Notes under the pieces: model-generated
The model's input: only the letters and a program-made list of their open reading frames with translations
Databases searched by the model: none
Told to the model about the DNA's origin: nothing
Position numbers and translations under genes: made by a program
Assembly (NCBI RefSeq): GCF_036507355.1
Contig: NZ_AP027877.1
Reading direction: 5' to 3' (one strand)
Source of the DNA: Escherichia coli
GTDB lineage: Bacteria > Pseudomonadota > Gammaproteobacteria > Enterobacterales > Enterobacteriaceae
Length of the DNA: 64,000 nucleotides
In this document: positions 32,889 to 44,817 of the stretch, in pieces
How positions within the stretch are numbered: the stretch's first letter is position 1
How the letters are laid out: each line of letters opens with the position of its first letter

Positions 32889-35201
32889 ATGCCTCGCTTG
32901 TTAACCAAACGCGGCTGCTGGATAACGCTGGCAGCTGCGCCATTTCTCCTTTTTCTTGCAGCGTGGGGAGCAGATAAACTCTGGCCTCTACCGCTGCATG
33001 AAGTCAATCCCGCACGAGTGGTCGTGGCGCAGGATGGTACGCCGCTCTGGCGCTTCGCCGATGCTGACGGCATCTGGCGTTATCCGGTAACAATCGAAGA
33101 TGTTTCTCCACGTTACCTTGAAGCGCTGATCAATTATGAAGATCGCTGGTTCTGGAAGCATCCGGGGGTGAATCCATTCTCGGTGGCGCGCGCAGCATGG
33201 CAAGATCTCACTTCGGGACGGGTTATTTCCGGTGGCAGCACGCTCACTATGCAGGTTGCTCGTCTGCTTGATCCTCACCCCAAAACATTTGGCGGCAAAA
33301 TTCGCCAGCTCTGGCGCGCGTTGCAACTGGAATGGCATCTGTCTAAGCGTGAAATTCTGACCTTGTATCTTAACCGCGCTCCGTTTGGCGGTACGTTGCA
33401 GGGGATCGGTGCGGCAAGTTGGGCTTATCTCGGAAAGTCGCCTGCGAATTTAAGCTATTCCGAGGCGGCAATGCTGGCGGTTTTGCCGCAAGCGCCCAGC
33501 CGTCTTCGCCCGGATCGTTGGCCGGAGCGTGCCGAAGCCGCGCGTAATAAAGTGCTCGAACGGATGGCCGTGCAAGGTGTGTGGTCCCGTGAGCAGGTAA
33601 AAGAGTCAAGGGAAGAACCCATCTGGCTGGCACCCCGACAAATGCCGCAACTGGCACCGCTGTTTTCGCGCATGATGCTCGGTAAAAGCAAAAGCGACAA
33701 AATCGTTACTACGCTGGATGCCGGTCTTCAACGACGTCTGGAAGAACTGGCGCAAAACTGGAAAGGACGTTTACCACCGCGCAGCTCACTGGCGATGATC
33801 GTGGTTGATCATACCGATATGCGTGTTCGCGGCTGGGTGGGATCGGTAGATCTCAACGATGATTCACGCTTTGGTCATGTTGATATGGTCAATGCGATCC
33901 GATCGCCAGGGTCGGTTCTCAAACCGTTTGTTTACGGTCTGGCGCTGGATGAAGGCTTGATCCATCCGGCATCGCTGTTGCAAGACGTCCCCCGGCGCAC
34001 CGGTGATTATCGACCAGGTAACTTTGATAGCGGTTTTCATGGCCCGATCAGCATGAGCGAGGCGCTGGTGCGCTCGCTGAATTTACCTGCTGTGCAGGTG
34101 CTGGAAGCCTATGGACCGAAACGGTTTGCGGCAAAATTACGCAATGTTGGATTGCCGTTGTATCTGCCCAACGGCGCTGCGCCCAATCTTTCGCTCATTC
34201 TCGGCGGTGCTGGTGCAAAACTGGAAGATATGGCGGCAGCGTATACCGCGTTTGCTCGCCACGGCAAGGCAGGCAAATTGCGCTTACAGCCTGACGATCC
34301 GCTGCTTGAACGGCCTTTAATGTCGTCGGGGGCTGCGTGGATCATTCGCCGGATTATGGCTGATGAAGCGCAACCCTTGCCGGATGGTGCCTTGCCGCGC
34401 GTCGCTCCACTGGCATGGAAAACGGGCACCAGCTATGGCTATCGTGACGCTTGGGCGATTGGGGTTAACGCTCGTTATGTCATTGGGATCTGGACTGGCA
34501 GACCGGACGGCACGCCCGTTGTTGGTCAGTTTGGTTTTGCCAGCGCCGTACCATTGTTGAATCAGGTCAATAATATCTTACTGTCGCGCAGTGCTAATCT
34601 GCCGGAAGACCCGCGCCCGAACTCAGTCACTCGTGGCGTTATCTGCTGGCCGGGCGGACAGTCTTTGCCGGAAGGTGACGGTAACTGTCGCCGCCGCCTG
34701 GCAACCTGGCTGCTGGACGGGAGTCAGCCGCCAACTCTATTACTGCCGGAGCAGGAAGGCATTAATGGCATTCGTTTCCCCATCTGGCTGGATGAAAATG
34801 GCAAACGTGTTGCCGCTGATTGCCCGCAAGCGCGACAAGAAATGATAAATGTCTGGCCGCTACCGCTGGAACCCTGGTTGCCCGCATCAGAACGTCGCGC
34901 TGTGCGCTTACCACCGGCCTCGACAATTTGCCCGCCATACGGTCACGATGCCCAGCTCCCGCTGCAGCTGACAGGCGTTCGCGATGGCGAGATTATTAAA
35001 CGTTTACCGGGCGCAGCGGAAGCGACTTTGCCGTTGCAATCAAGTGGAGGGGCAGGTGAACGCTGGTGGTTTCTGAATGGCGAACCGTTAACTGAACGCG
35101 GGCGCAACGTGACCCTGCATTTGACGGATAAAGGTGATTATCAATTGCTGGTGATGGATGACGTAGGGCAAATCGCGACAGTGAAATTTGTCATGCAATA
35201 G
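32889..35201 (+). CDS. pbpC: Penicillin-binding protein 1C (glycosyltransferase/transpeptidase)
   Basis: 770-aa ORF directly abutting the yfhM stop (TAAATG); GT51 and transpeptidase domains. Confidence 0.95.
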   Translation: MPRLLTKRGCWITLAAAPFLLFLAAWGADKLWPLPLHEVNPARVVVAQDGTPLWRFADADGIWRYPVTIEDVSPRYLEALINYEDRWFWKHPGVNPFSVARAAWQDLTSGRVISGGSTLTMQVARLLDPHPKTFGGKIRQLWRALQLEWHLSKREILTLYLNRAPFGGTLQGIGAASWAYLGKSPANLSYSEAAMLAVLPQAPSRLRPDRWPERAEAARNKVLERMAVQGVWSREQVKESREEPIWLAPRQMPQLAPLFSRMMLGKSKSDKIVTTLDAGLQRRLEELAQNWKGRLPPRSSLAMIVVDHTDMRVRGWVGSVDLNDDSRFGHVDMVNAIRSPGSVLKPFVYGLALDEGLIHPASLLQDVPRRTGDYRPGNFDSGFHGPISMSEALVRSLNLPAVQVLEAYGPKRFAAKLRNVGLPLYLPNGAAPNLSLILGGAGAKLEDMAAAYTAFARHGKAGKLRLQPDDPLLERPLMSSGAAWIIRRIMADEAQPLPDGALPRVAPLAWKTGTSYGYRDAWAIGVNARYVIGIWTGRPDGTPVVGQFGFASAVPLLNQVNNILLSRSANLPEDPRPNSVTRGVICWPGGQSLPEGDGNCRRRLATWLLDGSQPPTLLLPEQEGINGIRFPIWLDENGKRVAADCPQARQEMINVWPLPLEPWLPASERRAVRLPPASTICPPYGHDAQLPLQLTGVRDGEIIKRLPGAAEATLPLQSSGGAGERWWFLNGEPLTERGRNVTLHLTDKGDYQLLVMDDVGQIATVKFVMQ

Positions 35202-35264
35202 TCTGTTTTGTCCCTGATTGTTGCTTAAACTAGGTTTATTTTAAAAAAATGTTACCTTCATCAA

Positions 35265-35293
35265 TAGTCAACGGCTCTGTTGCTCATTATAAT
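35265..35293 (+). promoter_or_regulatory. Candidate sigma70 promoter of ndk
   Basis: TAGTCA -35, 17-bp spacer, TATAAT at 35288-35293. Confidence 0.45.
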
Positions 35294-35349
35294 CCGCGCC
35301 ATCTCGTACGCTGGTACAGACAACAACAGAACAATTTACAGAGGTAAAA

Positions 35350-35781
35350 ATGGCTATTGAACGTACTTTTTCCATTATCAAACCGAACGCGGTAGCAAAA
35401 AACGTCATTGGTAATATCTTTGCGCGCTTTGAAGCTGCAGGGTTCAAAATTGTCGGCACCAAAATGCTGCACCTGACCGTTGAACAGGCTCGTGGCTTTT
35501 ATGCTGAACACGATGGAAAACCGTTCTTTGATGGTCTGGTTGAATTCATGACCTCTGGCCCGATCGTGGTTTCCGTGCTGGAAGGTGAAAACGCCGTTCA
35601 GCGTCACCGCGATCTGCTGGGCGCGACCAATCCGGCAAACGCACTGGCCGGTACTCTGCGCGCTGATTACGCTGATAGCCTGACCGAAAATGGTACCCAC
35701 GGTTCTGACTCCGTCGAATCTGCCGCTCGCGAAATCGCTTATTTCTTCGGCGAAGGCGAAGTGTGCCCGCGCACCCGTTAA
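35350..35781 (+). CDS. ndk: Nucleoside diphosphate kinase
   Basis: 143-aa ORF, active site NGTHGSDS. Confidence 0.97.
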
Positions 35782-35930
35782 TAATTTCGTAAATGCCGCG
35801 TGCAAACGTGGCATCCGTGCGCCAGAATTTGTACAATGCAGCGCCCCCGGACGAGCAGCCGCTCACCGGGGCGTTTCTTTTTTCAACCCTCCAGGGGCCA
35901 TAACGTGTAATAACGAGGCCGGAATAGCAT

Positions 35931-37085
35931 ATGTCTGAACAATTAGTCACACCTGAAAACGTCACCACGAAAGATGGAAAAATCAACCTGCTGGATCTCA
36001 ACCGTCAGCAGATGCGGGAGTTTTTTAAAGATTTAGGTGAAAAACCCTTCCGCGCCGATCAGGTGATGAAGTGGATGTATCACTATTGCTGCGACAACTT
36101 TGATGAGATGACCGACATCAACAAAGTGTTGCGCGGCAAACTGAAAGAGGTGGCGGAGATCCGCGCACCGGAAGTGGTTGAAGAACAGCGTTCATCTGAC
36201 GGCACCATTAAATGGGCGATCGCCGTAGGCGATCAGCGCGTCGAAACGGTGTATATCCCGGAAGACGACCGTGCCACGCTCTGCGTCTCTTCGCAGGTGG
36301 GGTGTGCGCTGGAGTGTAAATTCTGTTCCACCGCCCAGCAGGGCTTTAACCGCAACCTGCGGGTGTCGGAAATTATCGGCCAGGTGTGGCGTGCGGCGAA
36401 AATCGTCGGTGCAGCAAAAGTCACCGGTCAGCGCCCAATCACTAACGTAGTGATGATGGGCATGGGCGAGCCGCTGCTCAACCTGAACAACGTCGTTCCG
36501 GCGATGGAAATCATGCTTGATGATTTCGGTTTTGGCCTGTCTAAACGTCGCGTCACGCTTTCCACTTCCGGTGTAGTTCCGGCGCTGGATAAACTGGGCG
36601 ATATGATCGACGTTGCACTGGCAATTTCCCTGCACGCGCCGAACGACGAAATTCGTGACGAAATTGTGCCGATCAACAAAAAGTACAATATCGAAACGTT
36701 CCTTGCTGCGGTGCGCCGTTATCTGGAGAAATCCAACGCCAATCAGGGCCGAGTCACTATTGAATACGTGATGCTTGACCACGTTAACGACGGCACTGAA
36801 CACGCGCACCAACTGGCGGAACTGCTGAAAGATACGCCGTGTAAGATCAACCTGATCCCGTGGAACCCGTTCCCGGGTGCGCCGTATGGACGCAGCTCGA
36901 ACAGCCGTATCGACCGTTTCTCAAAAGTGCTGATGAGCTACGGTTTCACCACTATTGTGCGTAAAACTCGTGGTGATGATATCGATGCTGCCTGTGGTCA
37001 GTTGGCGGGCGATGTTATCGACCGTACGAAACGTACCCTGCGTAAACGGATGCAGGGTGAAGCCATCGACATTAAAGCGGTCTGA
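35931..37085 (+). CDS. rlmN: 23S rRNA/tRNA m2A methyltransferase (radical SAM)
   Basis: 384-aa ORF with CALECKFC radical-SAM motif. Confidence 0.95.
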
Positions 37086-37089
37086 TAGC

Positions 37090-37133
37090 CATTACGCCAC
37101 GGTTACTTTATGTACCGTGGCGTAATGTTTTAT
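37090..37133 (+). terminator. Rho-independent terminator after rlmN
   Basis: cattacgccacggt ... accgtggcgtaatg hairpin followed by ttttat. Confidence 0.6.
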
Positions 37134-37369
37134 GAATGAAGTATTAAGTTGCAATTGTCTGGTCAATATTAACGGTGCGTTTTTGCTGACTTTAAGGCAG
37201 TATGTAACGATGCAACAGTAAGTTAGCCTTAGTGAATGTGAGCTTTGTCACGAGCACACAGACGGTCTTATACTGTATGATAACGGTTAACTTAACGGAT
37301 GTTTCGCGGTGTGGGTGAGCATGATGGTTCACCGGCATCTCAATTCTCATTTAAACGTACCTGCAGCGA

Positions 37370-38383
37370 ATGAATACTGAAGCCACGCACGACCAAAATG
37401 AAGCACTTACTACCGGCGCTCGCCTGCGTAATGCTCGCGAACAACTAGGACTTAGTCAGCAGGCCGTTGCCGAGCGACTTTGCCTGAAGGTTTCCACGGT
37501 ACGCGACATTGAAGAAGATAAGGCACCCGCCGATCTTGCTTCAACATTCCTGCGCGGATATATCCGCTCTTATGCGCGTCTGGTACATATTCCAGAAGAA
37601 GAACTGCTGCCAGGGCTGGAAAAGCAGGCTCCACTACGGGCTGCAAAAGTTGCGCCGATGCAGAGTTTTTCCCTCGGTAAACGCCGCAAAAAACGCGACG
37701 GCTGGCTGATGACCTTCACCTGGCTGGTGTTGTTTGTGGTTATCGGCCTGAGCGGTGCCTGGTGGTGGCAAGACCACAAAGCTCAGCAGGAAGAGATCAC
37801 CACTATGGCCGATCAATCTTCGGCGGAACTGAGCAGTAATAGCGAGCAGGGGCAGAGTGTTCCGTTAAATACGTCGACAACTACAGACCCGGCTACAACG
37901 TCCACGCCGCCAGCGTCTGTGGATACTACCGCAACCAACACGCAAACACCTGCCGTAACTGCGCCAGCACCAGCTGTTGATCCGCAACAGAATGCGGTTG
38001 TTTCGCCTTCGCAGGCAAATGTTGATACCGCCGCGACCCCGGCACCAACGGCAGCAACAACGCCAGATGGTGCTGCGCCGTTGCCAACCGATCAGGCTGG
38101 CGTGACCACGCCGGTGGCTGATCCGAATGCGCTGGTGATGAACTTTACTGCCGATTGCTGGCTGGAGGTCACTGATGCTACCGGTAAAAAATTGTTTAGC
38201 GGTATGCAGCGTAAAGACGGTAATTTGAACTTAACCGGCCAGGCACCGTACAAACTGAAAATTGGTGCGCCAGCCGCAGTACAGATCCAGTATCAAGGGA
38301 AACCTGTCGATCTGAGTCGTTTTATCAGAACTAACCAGGTTGCGCGTCTGACCCTCAATGCCGAACAATCACCGGCGCAGTAA
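37370..38383 (+). CDS. rodZ: Cytoskeleton protein RodZ
   Basis: 337-aa ORF: N-terminal HTH, single TM segment, Pro/Thr/Ala-rich linker, C-terminal domain. Confidence 0.93.
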   Translation: MNTEATHDQNEALTTGARLRNAREQLGLSQQAVAERLCLKVSTVRDIEEDKAPADLASTFLRGYIRSYARLVHIPEEELLPGLEKQAPLRAAKVAPMQSFSLGKRRKKRDGWLMTFTWLVLFVVIGLSGAWWWQDHKAQQEEITTMADQSSAELSSNSEQGQSVPLNTSTTTDPATTSTPPASVDTTATNTQTPAVTAPAPAVDPQQNAVVSPSQANVDTAATPAPTAATTPDGAAPLPTDQAGVTTPVADPNALVMNFTADCWLEVTDATGKKLFSGMQRKDGNLNLTGQAPYKLKIGAPAAVQIQYQGKPVDLSRFIRTNQVARLTLNAEQSPAQ

Positions 38384-38409
38384 CAGACGGGTAACGCGGG
38401 AGATTTTTC

Positions 38410-39528
38410 ATGCATAACCAGGCTCCAATTCAACGTAGAAAATCAACACGTATTTACGTTGGGAATGTGCCGATTGGCGATGGTGCTCCCATCGCCGTAC
38501 AGTCCATGACCAATACGCGTACGACAGATGTCGAAGCAACGGTCAATCAAATCAAGGCGCTGGAACGCGTTGGCGCTGATATCGTCCGTGTCTCCGTACC
38601 GACGATGGACGCGGCAGAAGCGTTCAAACTCATCAAACAGCAGGTTAACGTGCCGCTGGTGGCTGACATCCACTTCGACTATCGCATTGCGCTGAAAGTA
38701 GCGGAATACGGCGTCGATTGTCTGCGTATTAACCCTGGCAATATCGGTAATGAAGAGCGTATTCGCATGGTGGTTGACTGTGCGCGCGATAAAAACATTC
38801 CGATCCGTATTGGCGTTAACGCCGGATCGCTGGAAAAAGATCTGCAAGAAAAGTATGGCGAACCGACGCCGCAGGCGTTGCTGGAATCCGCCATGCGCCA
38901 TGTTGATCATCTCGATCGCCTGAACTTCGATCAGTTCAAAGTCAGCGTGAAAGCGTCTGACGTCTTCCTCGCTGTTGAGTCTTATCGTTTGCTGGCAAAA
39001 CAAATCGATCAGCCGTTGCATCTGGGGATCACCGAAGCCGGTGGTGCGCGCAGCGGGGCAGTAAAATCCGCCATTGGTTTAGGTCTGCTGCTGTCTGAAG
39101 GCATCGGCGACACGCTGCGCGTATCACTGGCGGCCGATCCGGTCGAAGAGATCAAAGTCGGTTTCGATATTTTGAAATCGCTTCGTATCCGTTCGCGAGG
39201 TATCAACTTCATCGCCTGTCCGACCTGTTCGCGTCAGGAGTTTGATGTTATCGGTACGGTTAACGCGCTGGAGCAACGCCTGGAAGATATCATCACTCCG
39301 ATGGACGTTTCGATTATCGGCTGCGTGGTGAATGGCCCAGGTGAGGCGCTGGTTTCTACACTCGGCGTCACCGGCGGCAACAAGAAAAGCGGCCTCTATG
39401 AAGATGGCGTGCGCAAAGACCGTCTGGACAACAACGATATGATCGACCAGCTGGAAGCACGCATTCGTGCGAAAGCCAGTCAGCTGGACGAAGCGCGTCG
39501 AATTGACGTTCAGCAGGTCGAAAAATAA
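38410..39528 (+). CDS. ispG: HMBPP synthase IspG
   Basis: 372-aa ORF with Fe-S Cys ligands ([16 protein letters not shown]). Confidence 0.96.
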
Positions 39529-39638
39529 TAACGTGATGGGAAGCGCCTCGCTTCCCGTGTATGATTGAACCCGCATAGCTCCCGAAACATTGAGGGAAGC
39601 GTTGAGGGTTCATTTTTATATTCAGAAAGAGAATAAAC

Positions 39639-40913
39639 GTGGCAAAAAACATTCAAGCCATTCGCGGCATGAACGATTACCTGCCTGGCGAAACGGCCAT
39701 CTGGCAGCGCATTGAAGGCACACTGAAAAACGTGCTCGGCAGCTACGGTTACAGTGAAATCCGCTTGCCGATTGTAGAGCAGACCCCGCTATTCAAACGT
39801 GCGATTGGTGAAGTCACCGACGTGGTTGAAAAAGAGATGTACACCTTTGAGGATCGCAATGGCGACAGCCTGACTCTGCGCCCTGAAGGGACGGCGGGCT
39901 GTGTACGCGCCGGCATCGAGCATGGTCTTCTGTACAATCAGGAACAGCGTCTGTGGTATATCGGGCCGATGTTCCGTCACGAGCGTCCGCAGAAAGGGCG
40001 TTATCGTCAGTTCCATCAGTTGGGCTGCGAAGTTTTCGGTCTGCAAGGTCCGGATATCGACGCTGAACTGATTATGCTCACTGCCCGCTGGTGGCGCGCG
40101 CTGGGTATTTCCGAGCACGTAACTCTTGAGCTGAACTCTATCGGTTCGCTGGAAGCACGCGCCAATTACCGCGATGCGCTGGTGGCATTCCTTGAGCAGC
40201 ATAAAGAAAAGCTGGACGAAGACTGCAAACGCCGCATGTACACTAACCCGCTGCGCGTGCTGGATTCAAAAAATCCAGAAGTGCAGGCGCTTCTCAACGA
40301 CGCTCCGGCATTAGGCGATTATCTGGACGAGGAATCTCGTGAGCATTTTGCCGGTCTGTGCAAACTGCTTGAGAACGCGGGGATCGCTTACACCGTAAAC
40401 CAGCGTCTGGTGCGTGGTCTGGATTACTATAACCGTACCGTTTTCGAGTGGGTGACTAACAGTCTCGGCTCCCAGGGCACCGTGTGTGCAGGCGGTCGTT
40501 ATGACGGTCTTGTGGAACAACTGGGCGGTCGTGCAACACCGGCTGTCGGTTTTGCGATGGGCCTCGAACGTCTTGTATTGTTAGTACAGGCCGTTAATCC
40601 GGAATTTAAAGCCGATCCTGTTGTCGATATATACCTGGTGGCTTCAGGTGCTGATACACAATCTGCGGCTATGGCATTAGCTGAGCGTCTGCGTGATGAA
40701 TTACCGGGCGTGAAATTGATGACCAACCACGGCGGCGGCAACTTTAAGAAACAGTTTGCCCGTGCTGATAAATGGGGTGCCCGCGTTGCTGTGGTGCTGG
40801 GTGAGTCTGAAGTGGCTAACGGCACAGCAGTAGTGAAGGATTTGCGCTCTGGTGAGCAAACGGCAGTTGCGCAGGATAGCGTAGCCGCGCATTTGCGCAC
40901 GTTACTGGGTTAA
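39639..40913 (+). CDS. hisS: Histidine--tRNA ligase
   Basis: 424-aa ORF with class II aaRS motifs; GTG start. Confidence 0.96.
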   Translation: MAKNIQAIRGMNDYLPGETAIWQRIEGTLKNVLGSYGYSEIRLPIVEQTPLFKRAIGEVTDVVEKEMYTFEDRNGDSLTLRPEGTAGCVRAGIEHGLLYNQEQRLWYIGPMFRHERPQKGRYRQFHQLGCEVFGLQGPDIDAELIMLTARWWRALGISEHVTLELNSIGSLEARANYRDALVAFLEQHKEKLDEDCKRRMYTNPLRVLDSKNPEVQALLNDAPALGDYLDEESREHFAGLCKLLENAGIAYTVNQRLVRGLDYYNRTVFEWVTNSLGSQGTVCAGGRYDGLVEQLGGRATPAVGFAMGLERLVLLVQAVNPEFKADPVVDIYLVASGADTQSAAMALAERLRDELPGVKLMTNHGGGNFKKQFARADKWGARVAVVLGESEVANGTAVVKDLRSGEQTAVAQDSVAAHLRTLLG

Positions 40914-40930
40914 GGAAGGAGAAGGACAGC

Positions 40931-41551
40931 GTGGAAATTTACGAGAACGAAAACGACCAGGTAGAAGCGGTTAAACGCTTTTTTGCTGAAAATGGCAAAG
41001 CACTGGCTGTTGGGGTGATTTTGGGCGTTGGCGCACTAATTGGCTGGCGCTACTGGAACAGCCATCAGGTTGATTCTGCACGCTCCGCTTCTCTTGCCTA
41101 TCAAAATGCGGTTACCGCAGTGAGCGAAGGCAAACCGGATAGCATCCCGGCGGCGGAAAAATTTGCTGCTGAAAATAAAAATACTTATGGTGCGCTGGCT
41201 TCTTTGGAACTTGCGCAGCAATTTGTTGACAAAAATGAACTAGAGAAAGCTGCCGCCCAGTTACAACAGGGGCTGGCAGACACGAGCGATGAAAATCTCA
41301 AAGCCGTGATAAATCTGCGTCTTGCTCGCGTTCAGGTACAGCTCAAGCAGGCTGATGCCGCGCTGAAAACCCTTGATACCATCAAAGGTGAAGGGTGGGC
41401 TGCCATTGTTGCCGACCTGCGTGGTGAAGCATTGCTGAGCAAAGGTGATAAGCAAGGTGCGCGTAGTGCATGGGAAGCAGGCGTGAAAAGCGATGTTACT
41501 CCGGCACTGAGCGAAATGATGCAGATGAAAATTAATAATTTGTCCATCTGA
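40931..41551 (+). CDS. yfgM: Membrane-anchored periplasmic TPR protein YfgM
   Basis: 206-aa ORF, N-terminal TM anchor; GTG start. Confidence 0.9.
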   Translation: MEIYENENDQVEAVKRFFAENGKALAVGVILGVGALIGWRYWNSHQVDSARSASLAYQNAVTAVSEGKPDSIPAAEKFAAENKNTYGALASLELAQQFVDKNELEKAAAQLQQGLADTSDENLKAVINLRLARVQVQLKQADAALKTLDTIKGEGWAAIVADLRGEALLSKGDKQGARSAWEAGVKSDVTPALSEMMQMKINNLSI

Positions 41552-41561
41552 GAGGGACCCG

Positions 41562-42740
41562 ATGCAATTGCGTAAATTACTGCTGCCAGGACTGCTTTCC
41601 GTTACCCTTTTAAGCGGCTGTTCGCTGTTTAACAGCGAAGAAGATGTGGTAAAGATGTCCCCATTGCCAACCGTTGAAAACCAGTTTACGCCGACCACGG
41701 CGTGGAGCACTTCCGTTGGTAGCGGCATTGGCAACTTCTATTCCAATCTTCATCCGGCACTGGCGGACAACGTTGTCTATGCAGCGGACCGCGCTGGTTT
41801 AGTAAAAGCGCTGAATGCGGATGATGGCAAAGAAATCTGGTCTGTCAGCCTGGCCGAGAAAGATGGCTGGTTCTCTAAAGAGCCTGCATTACTTTCTGGC
41901 GGTGTGACCGTGTCTGGTGGACATGTCTACATTGGCAGCGAAAAGGCGCAGGTTTACGCGCTGAATACCAGCGATGGTACTGTGGCATGGCAAACTAAAG
42001 TCGCGGGTGAAGCACTTTCGCGCCCGGTGGTCAGCGACGGTCTGGTGTTAATCCACACCAGTAACGGTCAGTTACAAGCGCTGAACGAAGCTGACGGCGC
42101 TGTCAAATGGACAGTTAACCTCGATATGCCTTCGCTCTCTTTGCGTGGCGAGTCTGCGCCGGCAACGGCTTTTGGTGCGGCCGTCGTGGGGGGCGATAAT
42201 GGTCGCGTCAGCGCAGTGCTGATGGAACAGGGCCAGATGATTTGGCAGCAGCGTATTTCCCAGGCGACCGGTTCTACCGAAATTGACCGTCTGAGCGATG
42301 TTGACACGACTCCCGTCGTTGTTAACGGCGTTGTTTTCGCGCTGGCCTATAATGGTAACCTGACGGCGCTTGATCTGCGCAGTGGTCAGATTATGTGGAA
42401 ACGCGAACTGGGTTCGGTGAATGATTTCATCGTCGACGGCAATCGCATCTATCTGGTCGATCAAAATGACCGGGTGATGGCGTTGACCATTGATGGCGGC
42501 GTTACGCTGTGGACACAAAGCGATCTGCTGCATCGCCTGCTGACTTCTCCGGTGCTGTATAATGGCAACCTGGTGGTCGGTGACAGTGAAGGTTATTTGC
42601 ACTGGATTAACGTCGAAGATGGTCGTTTCGTTGCCCAGCAAAAAGTTGATAGTTCCGGTTTCCAGACTGAACCGGTTGCCGCTGACGGCAAACTGCTGAT
42701 CCAGGCAAAAGACGGAACCGTGTACTCTATTACACGTTAA
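41562..42740 (+). CDS. bamB: Outer membrane protein assembly factor BamB (PQQ beta-propeller lipoprotein)
   Basis: 392-aa ORF with lipobox LLSGC. Confidence 0.95.
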   Translation: MQLRKLLLPGLLSVTLLSGCSLFNSEEDVVKMSPLPTVENQFTPTTAWSTSVGSGIGNFYSNLHPALADNVVYAADRAGLVKALNADDGKEIWSVSLAEKDGWFSKEPALLSGGVTVSGGHVYIGSEKAQVYALNTSDGTVAWQTKVAGEALSRPVVSDGLVLIHTSNGQLQALNEADGAVKWTVNLDMPSLSLRGESAPATAFGAAVVGGDNGRVSAVLMEQGQMIWQQRISQATGSTEIDRLSDVDTTPVVVNGVVFALAYNGNLTALDLRSGQIMWKRELGSVNDFIVDGNRIYLVDQNDRVMALTIDGGVTLWTQSDLLHRLLTSPVLYNGNLVVGDSEGYLHWINVEDGRFVAQQKVDSSGFQTEPVAADGKLLIQAKDGTVYSITR

Positions 42741-42857
42741 TCGTCTCTGTCGTTCACTTTGAAAACGGCTCCTGGACAGGGGCCGTTTTCCTGTTTTTAA
42801 CAACGACGCGAATATAGCGTGCGTTGTCTGATGATTTATAAAAATGAGGCTTTAAAC

Positions 42858-44330
42858 ATGGTACCTGTGGTCGCGCTTGTCGGGCGCCCTAACGTAGGAA
42901 AATCCACGTTATTTAACCGTCTAACTCGCACCCGAGATGCGCTGGTTGCGGATTTCCCGGGTCTGACTCGTGACCGTAAGTACGGTCGTGCGGAAATTGA
43001 AGGCCGTGAGTTTATCTGTATTGATACCGGCGGGATTGATGGCACAGAAGACGGTGTAGAAACCCGCATGGCGGAACAGTCGCTGCTGGCGATTGAAGAA
43101 GCGGACGTCGTACTGTTTATGGTGGATGCGCGCGCGGGCCTGATGCCGGCAGATGAAGCGATTGCCAAACATCTGCGCTCCCGTGAAAAACCGACCTTCC
43201 TGGTGGCAAACAAAACTGACGGTCTGGATCCCGATCAGGCAGTGGTTGATTTCTACTCGCTTGGTTTAGGTGAAATCTACCCGATCGCCGCGTCTCACGG
43301 TCGTGGCGTATTAAGTCTGCTGGAGCATGTGCTGCTGCCGTGGATGGAAGATCTCGCACCGCAAGAGGAAGTCGACGAAGACGCTGAATACTGGGCGCAA
43401 TTTGAAGCGGAAGAGAACGGCGAAGAAGAAGAGGAAGACGACTTCGACCCGCAAAGTCTGCCGATCAAACTGGCGATTGTGGGTCGTCCGAACGTAGGTA
43501 AGTCTACACTCACTAACCGTATTCTTGGTGAAGAGCGCGTTGTTGTTTACGACATGCCTGGCACGACGCGTGACAGCATCTACATCCCAATGGAACGCGA
43601 TGGACGTGAGTATGTGCTCATTGACACCGCTGGCGTACGTAAACGCGGCAAAATCACCGATGCTGTAGAGAAATTCTCCGTAATCAAAACGTTGCAGGCC
43701 ATTGAAGACGCCAACGTGGTGATGTTAGTGATTGATGCGCGCGAAGGTATTTCCGATCAGGATCTCTCGCTGCTGGGCTTTATTCTCAATAGTGGGCGCT
43801 CACTTGTCATTGTGGTGAATAAGTGGGATGGCCTGAGTCAGGAAGTGAAAGAGCAGGTGAAAGAGACACTGGACTTCCGTCTGGGCTTTATCGATTTTGC
43901 TCGCGTGCACTTTATCTCTGCATTGCACGGCAGTGGTGTTGGTAACCTGTTTGAATCAGTGCGTGAAGCTTATGACAGTTCCACCCGTCGCGTGGGTACG
44001 TCTATGCTGACACGAATTATGACCATGGCTGTTGAAGATCACCAACCGCCGCTGGTACGTGGTCGTCGTGTGAAGCTGAAATATGCCCACGCTGGTGGTT
44101 ATAACCCGCCGATTGTGGTGATTCACGGTAACCAGGTAAAAGACCTGCCGGATTCTTACAAGCGTTATTTGATGAACTATTTCCGCAAGTCTCTGGATGT
44201 GATGGGGACGCCGATTCGTATTCAGTTCAAAGAAGGGGAAAACCCGTATGCGAATAAGCGTAACACCCTGACGCCGACCCAGATGCGCAAGCGTAAGCGC
44301 CTGATGAAGCATATCAAGAAAAGTAAGTAA
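42858..44330 (+). CDS. der: Ribosome-associated GTPase Der/EngA (tandem GTPase domains)
   Basis: Start [16 protein letters not shown] (490 aa); two G1 motifs GRPNVGKS; KH-like C-terminus. Confidence 0.96.
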   Translation: MVPVVALVGRPNVGKSTLFNRLTRTRDALVADFPGLTRDRKYGRAEIEGREFICIDTGGIDGTEDGVETRMAEQSLLAIEEADVVLFMVDARAGLMPADEAIAKHLRSREKPTFLVANKTDGLDPDQAVVDFYSLGLGEIYPIAASHGRGVLSLLEHVLLPWMEDLAPQEEVDEDAEYWAQFEAEENGEEEEEDDFDPQSLPIKLAIVGRPNVGKSTLTNRILGEERVVVYDMPGTTRDSIYIPMERDGREYVLIDTAGVRKRGKITDAVEKFSVIKTLQAIEDANVVMLVIDAREGISDQDLSLLGFILNSGRSLVIVVNKWDGLSQEVKEQVKETLDFRLGFIDFARVHFISALHGSGVGNLFESVREAYDSSTRRVGTSMLTRIMTMAVEDHQPPLVRGRRVKLKYAHAGGYNPPIVVIHGNQVKDLPDSYKRYLMNYFRKSLDVMGTPIRIQFKEGENPYANKRNTLTPTQMRKRKRLMKHIKKSK

Positions 44331-44392
44331 TTACTTATCTGGTTTCCCTTTCCATATGGAGAGGGAAATCCATAAAAATGTGAGGATCATTT

Positions 44393-44608
44393 ATGGAACT
44401 CAGCTGCCCAATCTGCCAAAACCCTCTCGAACGTAATGGCGAGGCTACTCACTGCGCAACGTGTAACAAAGATTTCATAGTCCAGGCTCTTTGTCCTGAC
44501 TGCCACCAACCTTTGCAGGTATTAAAAGCGTGTGGTGCGGTGGATTATTTCTGCCAGCATGGTCACGGTTTAATTTCTAAAACCCGTATTGAATTTGTCA
44601 TTGTTTAA
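44393..44608 (+). CDS. yfgJ: Small Cys-rich protein YfgJ (zinc-ribbon like)
   Basis: 71-aa ORF with CxxC pairs. Confidence 0.88.
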   Translation: MELSCPICQNPLERNGEATHCATCNKDFIVQALCPDCHQPLQVLKACGAVDYFCQHGHGLISKTRIEFVIV

Positions 44609-44817
44609 TATCACTGGAATATATGATTTCACATTATATATTCCTAATATAAATATTATAATCTCTTTCCTATTAGATTAACGACTAATTAAAAATGTGT
44701 AAAGTCACATTCTTATAATTTTAAGATTATATTTAGCACTTATGGAGTGCAGTTCCTGTGCTATCTGGAATACAATATTAGACATTATTTCAGAATTAAA
44801 TTTTCACAGAGAAAAAC

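Noticed and set aside
37850-38110. Low-complexity repetitive DNA inside rodZ
   Set aside because: It encodes the Pro/Thr/Ala-rich periplasmic linker of RodZ; it is not a CRISPR array or a mobile repeat.
42072-42803. 243-aa minus-strand ORF
   Set aside because: Antisense to bamB.
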